Assembly (NCBI GenBank): GCA_002269645.1
Contig: NIVC01001029.1
Coordinates: 1-64,000 of the forward strand
Reading direction: 5' to 3'
DNA length: 64,000 nt
DNA from: Macrostomum lignano
Lineage: Eukaryota
A program made the translations under genes and the position numbers. The notes below the pieces were generated by a model. It was not told the origin of the DNA. It was given only the letters and a program-made list of their open reading frames with translations, and did not search any database. Shown one piece after another: positions 49,228 to 61,200 of this stretch (position 1 is its first letter; each line of letters begins with the position of its first letter).

Positions 49228-52200
49228 CTGCAGAGATTGCGGAGGTAATCTGCCGAACAAAATACCTCCAAGATTTACCGAGTGATAACTGCCTATTGAA
49301 AAACTATTGACTGACAACCTACCGATTGACAACACCGATTGAAAATCTACCGATTGACAACACCCACTGACAACCTACCGATTGACAACACCGACTGACA
49401 ACCTACCGATTGACCTACCGATTGACAACCTACCGATTGACAACACCGATTGACAATCTACCGATTGACAACCTACCGATTGACTACCTACCGATTGACA
49501 ACTTACCGATTGACAACCTACCGATTGACAACCTACCCATTGACAACCTACCCATTGACAACCTACCCATTGACAACCTACCGATTGACAACACCGATTG
49601 ACAATCTACCGATTGACAACCTAGCCATTGACAACCTACCCATTGACAAACTACCCATTGACAACCTACCGGTTGACAACCTACCCATTGACAACCTACC
49701 GATTGACAACACCGATTGACAATCTACCGATTGACAACACCCACTGACAACCTACCGATTGACAACACCGACTGACAACCTACCGATTGACCTACCGATT
49801 GACAACCTACCGATTGACAACACCGATTGACAATCTACCGATTGACAACCTACCGATTGACTACCTACCGATTGACAACTTACCGATTGACAACCTACCG
49901 ATTGACAACCTACCCATTGACAACCTACCCATTGACAACCTACCCATTGACAACCTACCGATTGACAACACCGATTGACAATCTACCGATTGACAACCTA
50001 GCCATTGACAACCTACCCATTGACAAACTACCCATTGACAACCTACCGGTTGACAACCTACCCATTGACAACCTACCGATTGACAACACCGATTGACAAT
50101 CTACCGATTGACAACCTACCGATTGACAACCTACCGATTGACAACCTACCCATTGACAACCTACCGATTGACAACCTACCCATTGACAACCTACCCATTG
50201 ACAACCTACCCATTGACAACCTACCCATTGACAACCTACCCATTGACATCCTACCGGTTGACAACCTATCCATTGACAGCCTACCCATTGACAACCTGCC
50301 GATTGACAACACTCATTGACAACCTACCGATCAACACTTTCAATTAATAAACTTACAGGAGTATAAAAACACGTATTAATTACATGAAAAGGCCAATCCC
50401 GACTATCCAAACAAGTAATTTTTTAAACAAAAAGTAAAAAAAAGCGCAACGGCCAACCTCCTTGCTGAGGAAGCAGTACATGAGCGCCAGGAACAGGCCC
50501 TGGAAGCTGAGCATGAAGGACTTCAGAGAGGTGACCACTATGAAGCAGACGGTGTTCATCGGGTCGGGCAGCAGGCTGATGGCGTTCGTGATGCCCAGCA
50601 GCGGCAGCAGCAGCAGAGCCGCTCGGAGGGCTTTTCTTGAAGGGAGTTCAAAAGGAATTTCTGAGATACGAGCGTATCGAGTGGGGAAATGAGACACAGC
50701 GACAGAGGGCTGAGCATCCAATACTGATTGCCTAGGCAAATCTGGCATAATGCAATAGGAATTGGATTCAGAGCAGGGGGAGGCTCCCGCCCGTTCGAGG
50801 GATTAAGCGAAGAATTAGTCGCGCAAACACTGAGCGCTTATTTGGGCCCTGTGAACTTTTACTATGCTCGTCTGTCCTATTCAAGTAATGTAGAAATTAT
50901 ACAAGCGCTAGTCAGGGGTCGGCAAACCTTTTTAACTTAAGGTCCAGAATATAGAATCTAGCGCATGGATCTAGGAGAAAAGAGAAGACAGAAGAGAGAG
51001 GAGGGGAGAGGGGAGAGGAGGGGAGAGGAGAAAAAAGAAGGGAGAGCTGAGAAGGGCCATAAACCTTGATGGATTGTTTTAATAGTTTTTATTGCTTCAT
51101 GTGGCCCGCAGGTCGGAGTTATATGATGCCTGTTTCTTGGTGATTCAGAGCTCCAGAGCCCCAGACTATTTAGTTAATTTTCGCACTTGAGTTTTAGCAC
51201 TTCGTTTTGAGAGACATTTTAATTCGCTGGCACCTAAAGATGAAGGACACTGCAGTCCCAAATGCAACTGAGGCCAATTTAGCACGCATTTGAAGGCAGA
51301 TTATTGCTGCATAAAATGAGTTGCCGTAGCGGGAGTCAACTTCCCAGCCCTAATAGCTAAAGTGACGAATTTATCATTGTCAGATTTGACAATAATCCTA
51401 TAATTTCCTATTTCCTCTGTGTATTTTTGCGTGTGATAGCCCCCAATTGGGCCGTTTTATTTTGTGCGTGCTGTGTGTGTACGAGCTATTTAGAGTGGTT
51501 CGTAAAAAAGTTTCACGATCGATATTTTAGGCCTCTCCGCGCGCATGCCGCACGAAGAGGTCCAGTTTTATTACTTCTAAATATAGTTTGCCTCGCTTCG
51601 GATTAACCGTTTAACTATCTCTTACCAATCTCTCTTCTGACTTTTTAGGACTGTTTAAACTTTCACTGTCCGCCTGTTGCTAAATTTAGCTTCAATTGTC
51701 GGTTGGTTCTTTGTTATTTATCCTACTTAGCTATTGGACAATCTTCTAATCTTCCAAACTGGGGGTTGGGGAGGGGCAGAGCAGCTCTGCGTTGAACGCG
51801 TCTGACTCTCGCTCCACGACCCCAAGTTTGATTCCGTGCGCAAACACCTTCAATTGGGGCGCAAATCGGCCTGGGGTTGTTCTGCGATTAACACCTAAAT
51901 CGTGTCTTCATCTTGTCGACATCCTGTCCACATCGGGTCCATATCGGGTCCACATCGGGTCCACATCGTGTCCCAATCGTGTTCCCATGAGATCCACATC
52001 GTTTCTACATCGTGTCCACATCGGGTCCCCATCGGGTTCCCATGCGATCCACATCGTGTCCACATCGGGTCCCCATCGTGTTCCCATGCGATCCACATCG
52101 TTTCTACATCGTGTCCACATCGGGTCTCCATCGTGTCTTCATGGGGTCCACATCGTGTCTATATCGTGTTCACATCGGGTCCACATCGTGTCCACATCGG

Positions 52201-55200
52201 GTCCCCATCGTGTTCCCATGCGATCCACATCGTTTCTACATCGTGTCCACATCGGGTATCCATCGTGTCTTCATGGGGTCCACATCGCGTCTATATCGTG
52301 TTCACATCGGGTCCACATCGCGTCCCCATCATCGGGTTCCCATGCGATCCACATCGTGTCCACATCGGGTCCCCATCGTGTTCCCATGCGATCCACATCG
52401 TTTCTACATCGTGTCCACATCGTGTCTACATCGTGTTCACATCGAGTCCACATCGGGTCCCCATCGGGTTCCCATGCGATCCACATCGTGTCTACATCGG
52501 ATCCACATCGGATCCACATCGGGTCCACATCGGGTCCACATCGTGTCCCCTACTAGTTTGAACTGATTTTTCTAAAATCATTCTCGACGCAGACTACCGT
52601 ACGCATGTTAGTGTGGTAAAACCTCATATACGCTTGTGATGCCAATCTAAATGCGAATCTTAGCGAAGGCTCCTTTAGCAGTTCCATAAGTCAATGTTAT
52701 TCAGTCAAGACAAATCGAATTGATCTCTCACCTGATCCGCATGATCTCATTGGACCGGTTCTCTCTCAGTCGCATGACGAGAACCCGCAGCACGTTCAGA
52801 AGCAGCACAATATTAATCTAGATGGTGGAGCAATTTTCAGATGCAGCTGTAGCTTAATAATAATTATTATTGCAGGACGGCTGAGGGCACCCTGGCGCAA
52901 CGCAACGCCAATACTGTATGCAGGCGTGCACTCATTCACACGCTCACACAGAGTGTACAGCGGTCGTGACTTTCTAATCGTCAGGCATGTACACTCTCAG
53001 TGCCTTGGGGGTTGGCTCTCTTGGTTGTGCATCGCACGACAGCCTCCCTGGTCAATTTTCGTGCACAAGCTCCAAATGAATGTGTTTGAGCACGGAATCG
53101 AACCATGTGGGGTCTTGGAGCCAGACTCAGACACGTTTACAGCTGAGCTGCTCGCAACCTTATCTTGAGCATAGCAAACAGCCAAACTATTGCTGTCAGA
53201 CACAAGTCCTTTTTATCAAACACCCTGTCAGATGCAGAGACTACAATGTCACTTCCTGCTTCACATTACGTACGCATTATACTCGCCTACACTTTTCATT
53301 GTTTACCAAGCTTTAAGTCTCGACCAATCACGCATCAGCTGTCCCTCAACCCCAACAACGAATGTATTGACGCAGAAAAAAGGCCACACATTATAGCCAC
53401 CTTTTCGGCACTCAACCTTGGACTTTGCATCGGATAGTAGTCCTTCTGTCAGACAAATTTCTCTTTTTGTCAGAAATCCACATCTCTTGTCAGCCCTCTT
53501 TCTGTCACAAATTAGTCCTGTTTGGCCTTTCTGTCAGAAATTCTGCTGTTCCTGTCAGACACTAACAAGAAGAAAAAAATGTCTTCACCCAAACTCACGA
53601 CAAAAGTGGTCAGCCTGCAGGCGTTCAATATCCAGTAGTCAGCCGAATGGAAGGAGTCTTTCCAGCAGCTGAAAATATATTTGGCGAAATTCTTGACAGA
53701 GAATTATCAACTAATCAGCTCAATCAAGTTTTTGCGCGTTCGCTTTTTGAGACGGCATTGGGCGAAAAAAATCAGATAAAAACGAAAACAATCAAAGCGA
53801 ATTTAAAGAGGAGTCAACTCACTCAGCCGCTGACTGCTTCTTCCGCAGAAAAACGACGGCAGCCCAGACAGTTGTGGGAACGACTGGAAGGCCTGGAAAC
53901 AAATGGGGAGACGTTTTAGGACAAAGCGCCACGACGTCTCTTTGCCCATTGCCACGTGACTTTCATTCAAGTTGAATCACTTTTGACGAAACTGAGTGCA
54001 GGGTATAGAAAGTCAGGGGGCTTTACGAAGCTGTCACGTGATTCAATAGAAATCTGACTGGACTGCGTGCAGGGTTTAGGGTGCGAGATCAGGGCTGTAC
54101 GCAGACGTCACGTGATTCAATAAACAGTTCTGACTAGACTGTGTGCAAGGGGTAGAAAGCCGGGCTTTCGAAGCTGGTCACGTGATTCAATAAAAATCTG
54201 ACTGGATTGCGTACAGGGTTTAGGGTGCGAGATCAGGGCTGTACGCAGACGTCACGTGATTCAATAAACAGTTCTGACTAGACTGTGTGCAAGGGGTAGA
54301 AAGCCGGGCTTTCGAAGCTGGTCACGTGATTCAATAAAAATCTGACTGGAATGCGTACAGGGTTTAGGGTGCGAGATCAGGGCTGTACGCAGATGTCACG
54401 TGATTCAATAAACAGTTCTGACTAGACTGTGTGCAAGGGGTAGAAAGCCGGGCTTTCGAAGCTGGTCACGTGATTCAATAAAAATCTGACTGGAATGCGT
54501 ATAGGGTTTAGGGTGCGAGATCAGGGCTGTACGCAGATGTCACGTGACTCATAAAAAGTTTACGTAGAATCTGTGCGGAGTAGGAATCAGGGCTGTAAGC
54601 AGCTGTCACGTGACCTACCATATCCAAGCAGATAGTTTCTGCACATGCCGCTGCTTGTCTGAAACACAGTACCGGCAATTTTGCTGTGAATGTTGATGCC
54701 CTCGATCAGCATCCAAGCAAATATAGAAGTTCGCGTGGTCTCCCAGATGCACTTCAGGCCAGTGCAGGCGTAGGACTGAAAAGGTGGCGACTTGGTTCGT
54801 GAGAATATTAAAGCTTTGATTGATTCATTCTCATGGATCTTTAGGTTTCCAGATCGCAAAAACACGTTCAATTTTGTAGTCAACTCTTTTCATGAAACGA
54901 TTTGTTTTAAATCAATTTTGTCAAGCCCCAATTAGCTGACAGACATTCTTTTGTACGAGTGCAACTCCGATTTTTCGTGTCGGGCAAGCATGCATTTTTC
55001 ATAGATTTTATCTGTGCCTCTTTTTATTACAGCTCTGCTGAGAAGTGCAGACTATTGAGCGGATATTGAATTAGCTGGCAAAGGAAGCCGGCGTGCAGAG
55101 TTAGTGCTGCTGTTACTGGTGAAGTAGCAGCGTTCGCGACCATGAGACTGAGGGCATTTCTGCTCCAAAATGACAAAACTAACTCTGTTTTATTTTACTC

Positions 55201-58200
55201 TGCTCTTTTCTGCAGGTAGGCATCCAATTTCTCAGAACTGGATGCGCTTATTTAGCTAGACAGACTGCCTAACCCGGTTGCTCAATTGAAAGCACAAGCG
55301 GCAAACACGAAGTCTCAACTCGCGTCAGACACATTTGAGCTGCTTGATGACTTACACATTGAGGCATTGCTACAGGAATGAACTAAAGGATCGGCTGTCT
55401 TCAAATTCTCAACCAGCGAAGAAGCGATATAAAATTGGAGCTGGTTAAGCAAACTGGACGCGGCTAGTAAGCACCTTTTTGCGTACTTTTATTTCTCAAA
55501 CTCTCACCCTGTCTCTCACTCTGTCTCTCACCCTGTCTCTCACTCTGTCTCTCACCCTGTCTCTCACCCTGTCTCTCACCCTGTCTCTCACTCTGTCTGT
55601 CACCCTGTCTCTCACTCTGTCTCTCACCCTGTCTCTCACTCTGTCTCTCACCCTGTCTTTCACTCTGTCTCTCACCCTGTCTCTCACTCTGTCTCTCACC
55701 CTGTCTCTCACCCTGTCTCTCACCCTGTCTCTCACCCTGTCTCTCACCCTGTCTCTCACCCTGTCTCTCACCCTGTCCCTCACCCTGCCTTTCTGATAGT
55801 CAGTCAGTCAGTTTGCACACTCTGTGCCTTGGGTTTTGTGCCGCGATTAACAGTGAAAATCCTAAAAAAGCTGTTTCAGTTACCAGAAACTCCAACTTGG
55901 CCGCCTGCACTTTGGTCCTGGACGTGGCGATCTCCCTGGAGGCCAGCAGCAGGTGAGCCAAGATCTGCATCAGCATCGCGATGAACAGGTTGCGATGGAT
56001 CTTGTTTCTCACGCTGCTCAGGCTTCTGGAAGAGAATTGAGCAATGTTACTAATCTTTCAAATATTTCACGGGAGTAATAGGAATTTCACTCACGAGTAA
56101 CAGCAGAAGATGGCCACCGCGAAAGCCAACGACATCGACGAAAGTACATCGCCGATAATCTCCAGGATTTCGTTGACTCGAACAGCCTTGTCGATCATCT
56201 TGAAGGGGAGTTTTAGGATAGAACTGTCTTGTGGGACATGAATATTTCTACCTCACTCTCTCCTTCACTCTCTTCCTCACTCTCTCCCTCACTCTCTCCC
56301 TCACTCTCTCCCTCACTCTCTCCCTCACTCTCTCCCTCACTCTCTCCTTCACTCTCTTCCTCACTCTCTCCTTCACTCTCTCCCTCACTCTCTCCCTCAC
56401 TCTCTCCCGCACTCTCTCCTTCACTCTCTCCCTCACTCTCTCCCTCACTTTCTCCATCACTCTCGACCTCACTCTCGACCTCACTCTCGACCTCACTCTC
56501 ACCCTCACTCACTCTCTCACTTCCTCCTTCACTCTCTGTCTCACTCCCTACTTCGCTCTCTCTCCCTCACTCTCTCCCCTACTCTCTCCCTCACTCTCTC
56601 TTTCACTCTCTCCCTCACTCTCTCTCCCTCACTCTCTCCCTCCCTCTCTCCCTCACTCTCTCCCTCACTCTCTCTCCGTCACTCTCTCTTCGTCACTCTC
56701 TCTTCGTCACTCTCTCTCACTCTCTCCGTCACTCTCTCCGTCACTCTCTCTCTCACTCTCTCCGTCACTCTCTCCCTCACTCTCTCCCTCACTCTCTCCC
56801 TCACTCTCTCTCCGTCACTCTCTCTCCGTCACTCTCTCCCTCACTCTCTCTCCGTCACTCTCTCTCACTCTCTCCCTCACTCTCTCCGTCACTCTCTCCC
56901 TCACTCTCTCCCTCACTCTCTCCCTCACTCTTTCCCTCACTCTCTCCCTCACTCTCTCCCTCACTCTCTCCCTCACTCTCTCCCTCACTCTTTCCCTCAC
57001 TCTCTCCCTCACTCTCTCCCTCACTCTCTCCCTCACTCTCTCCCTCACTCTCTCTCCGTCACTCTCTCTCCGTCACTCTCTCCCTCACTCTCTCTCCGTC
57101 ACTCTCTCTCACTCTCTCCCTCACTCTCTCCGTCACTCTCTCCCTCACTCTCTCCCTCACTCTCTCCCTCACTCTTTCCCTCACTCTCTCCCTCACTCTC
57201 TCCCTCACTCTCTCCCTCACTCTCTCCCTCACTCTCTCTCCGTCACTCTCTCCCTCACTCTCTCTCCGTCACTCTCTCTCCGTCACTCTCTCCCTCACTC
57301 TCTCTCCCTCACCTTCTCTCCCCCACTCTCTACCACACTCTCGACCTCACACTCTCCCTCACTCTCGACCTCACACTCTCCCTCTCTCTCGACCTCACAC
57401 TCTCGCTCTTTCTCGACCTCACTCTCGACCTCACTCTCGACCTCACTCTCGACCACACTCTCGACCTCACTCTCGACCTCACTCTCGACCTCACTCTCGA
57501 CCACACTCTCGACCTCACTCTCGACCTCACTCTCGACCACACTCTCGACCTCACACTCTCGCTCTTTCTCGACCTCACTCTCGACCTCACTCTCGACCAC
57601 ACTCTCGACCTCACTCTCGACCTCACTCTCGACCACACTCTCGACCTCACTCTCGACCTCACTCTCGACCTCACTCTCGACCTCACGGTCTCTTACTTTG
57701 TCTCTCAGTCTGTATCTCATCGTCTCTCACCGTGTCTCAGCCTGTCTTTTACACCCTGTCTTTCATCCCGTCTTTTTACATGTCCTTCACTCTGCCTGAC
57801 TATCTTTCAGTCTGTTGCTCAACGCTAATTCATCAACGGTATCTCTGACTCTCTGCCCCGACAGGAGAAATTTCTTTTCTTTAAAATTCGCTAAATTTTT
57901 AATTTCTAATTTGTCTAGTGTTACAGAGTCAATGCTCACTCTGAACCTCATTCTTTTTATCGCAACTCTGTCTCTCAGAGCCATTCCATGCAGTTTAGCT
58001 TCAATCAGCTCCTACATTATTTAAATTCCATGTATAGTTTATTAAAAATGATTTCCTTCAATATCCTGCCCTTTCATCAATGCCTAAATTTGAGTCAGCA
58101 TAATACTCGAAAAGCGACCTTAGACTCGTCAAGCAGCACTTTTCACTGTTTGTCAATACCGCAGCGGCCATCGGCAGCGCCAGAGCATCTCAGTCAGTTC

Positions 58201-61200
58201 CCAGCTGCATCTATCGATCGCCACCTTCTCACCCCTGCTCCGCCTTGCCATTGCGTGTCGCGCACCGATGCGCGCTGAAAATCGATCTAAAAGAACTTGC
58301 AGGCCAAATTGCCGCATCGGCTAAATTTAATCTGCCGACTGCAAGGCTGAACTTCGCGTGATACATGCAATACTTCCCGCTGCTCGGTCACCTTGTGCTT
58401 CTCAGGGAATTGCGCAAGCCGATTGCTTTGTCAACCGGCTTCAGGAATAAATAATAACAGCCTGGAATTACAAAACATGCTGGCTGATTGCTCTGAGGGG
58501 AATGATCAGCTGGAAGTAGAGTCACGTGAGTCACTGTAGTCATGTGAGTGACTGCTGCAGTCATGTGAGTCACTGTAGCCATGTGAGTGACTGGCTGTAG
58601 TCATGTGAGTGACTGTAGCAATGTGAGTGACTGGCTGTAGTCATGTGAGTGACTGTAGTCATGTGAGTGACTGTAGTCATGTGAGTGACTGTAGTCATGT
58701 GAGTGACTGGCTGCAGTCATGTGAGTGACTGTAGTCATGTGAGTGACTGGCTGCAGTCATGTGAGTCACTGTAGCCATGTGAGTGACTGGCTGTAGTCAT
58801 GTGAGTGACTGTAGCAATGTGAGTGACTGTAGTCATGTGAGTGACTGGCTGCAGTCATGTGAGTCACTGTAGCCATGTGAGTGACTGGCTGCAGTCATGT
58901 GAGTCACTGTAGCCATGTGAGTGACTGGCTGTAGTCATGTGAGTGACTGTAGTCATGTGAGTGACTGGCTGCAGTCATGTGAGTTACTGTAGCCATGTGA
59001 GTGACTGGCTGTAGTCATGTGAGTGACTGTAGTCATGTGAGTGACTGGCTGCAGTCATGTGAGTCACTGTAGCCATGTGAGTGACTGGCTGTAGCCATGT
59101 GAGTGACTGGCTGTAGTCATGTGAGTGACTGTAGTCATGTGAGTGACTGGCTGCAGTCATGTGAGTCACTGTAGCCATGTGAGTGACTGGCTGTAGTCAT
59201 GTGAGTGACTGTAGTCATGTGAGTGACTGTAGTCATGTGAGTGACTGTAGTCATGTGAGTGACTGGCTGCAGTCATGTGAGTGACTGTAGTCATGTGAGT
59301 GACTGGCTGCAGTCATGTGAGTCACTGTAGCCATGTGAGTGACTGGCTGTAGTCATGTGAGTGACTGTAGTCATGTGAGTGACTGTAGTCATGTGAGTGA
59401 CTGTAGTCATGTGAGTGACTTAGTCTTGTCAGTGACTGTAGTCATGTGAGTGACTGTAGTCATGTGAGTGACTGGCTGCAGTCATGTGAGTCACTGTAGC
59501 CATGTGAGTGACTGGCTGTAGTCATGTGAGTGACTGTAGCAATGTGAGTGACTGTAGTCATGTGAGTGACTGGCTGCAGTCATGTGAGTCACTGTAGCCA
59601 TGTGAGTGACTGGCTGCAGTCATGTGAGTCACTGTAGCCATGTGAGTGACTGGCTGTAGTCATGTGAGTGACTGTAGTCATGTGAGTGACTGGCTGCAGT
59701 CATGTGAGTTACTGTAGCCATGTGAGTGACTGGCTGTAGTCATGTGAGTGACTGTAGTCATGTGAGTGACTGGCTGCAGTCATGTGAGTCACTGTAGCCA
59801 TGTGAGTGACTGGCTGTAGCCATGTGAGTGACTGGCTGTAGTCATGTGAGTGACTGTAGTCATGTGAGTGACTGGCTGCAGTCATGTGAGTCACTGTAGC
59901 CATGTGAGTGACTGGCTGTAGTCATGTGAGTGACTGTAGTCATGTGAGTGACTGTAGTCATGTGAGTGACTGTAGTCATGTGAGTGACTGGCTGCAGTCA
60001 TGTGAGTGACTGTAGTCATGTGAGTGACTGGCTGCAGTCATGTGAGTCACTGTAGCCATGTGAGTGACTGGCTGTAGTCATGTGAGTGACTGTAGTCATG
60101 TGAGTGACTGTAGTCATGTGAGTGACTGTAGTCATGTGAGTGACTTAGTCTTGTCAGTGACTGTAGTCATGTGAGTGACTGTAGTCATGTGAGTGACTGT
60201 AGTCATGTGAGTGACTGTAGTCATGTGAGTGACTGTAGCCATGTGAGTGACTGTAGTCATGTAAGTGACTGTAGCAATGTGAGTGACTGTAGTCATGTTA
60301 GTGACTGTAGCAATGTGAGTGACTGTAGTCATGTGAGTGACTGTAGTCATGTGAGTGACTGTAGTCATGTTAGTGACTGTAGTCATGTGAGTGACTTAGT
60401 CTTGTCAGTGACTGTAGTCATGTGGGTGACTGTAGCCATGTGAGTGACTGTAGTCATGTAAGTGACTGTAGTCATGTTAGTGACTGTAGTCATGTGAGTG
60501 ACTGTATTCATGTGAGTGACTGTAGTCATGTGAGTGACTGTAGCCATGTGAGTGACTGTAGTCATGTGAGTGACTGTTGTCATGTCAGTGACTGTAGCCA
60601 TGTGAGTGACTGTAGTCATGTGAGTGACTGTAGCCATGTGAGTGACTGTAGTCATGTGAGTGACTGTAGTCATGTTAGTGACTGTAGTCATGTGAGTGAC
60701 TGTAGCCATGTGAGTGACTGTAGTCATGTGAGTGACTGTAGCCATGTGAGTGACTGTAGTCATGTGAGTGACTGTAGTCATGTGAGTGACTGTTGTCATG
60801 TCAGTGACTGTAGCCATGTGAGTGACTGTAGTCATGTGAGTGACTGTAGCCATGTGAGTGACTGTAGTCATGTGAGTGACTGTAGTCATGTTAGTGACTG
60901 TAGTCATGTCAGTGACTGTAGCCATGTGAGTGACTGTAGTCATGTGAGTGACTGTAGTCATGTTAGTGACTGTAGTCATGTCAGTGACTGTAGCCATGTG
61001 AGTGACTGTAGCCATGTGAGTGACTGTAGTCATGTGAGTGACTGTAGTCATGTTAGTGACTGTAGTCATGTCAGTGACTGTAGTCATGTGAGTGACTGTA
61101 GTCATGTGAGTGACATGGGGCATCAAGAAGTAAAAACTCACACTGATCTCGGCCGAGGACTTTCCGTCAAGGAACTGATTAGAAAACGGGGAGAAGCAGG

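Noticed and set aside
55185-55225. Plus-strand polypyrimidine-CAG|GTAGGC resembling a recursive splice site
   Set aside because: Antisense to the host gene, and no plus-strand gene model supports it; probably a TE remnant.
58233-58438. Two candidate GPCR micro-exons (58438-58392 PVDKAIGLRNSLRSTR; 58274-58233)
   Set aside because: Splice-like ends, but inclusion singly or together breaks the frame; direct joining of 61142 to 56198 is in phase.
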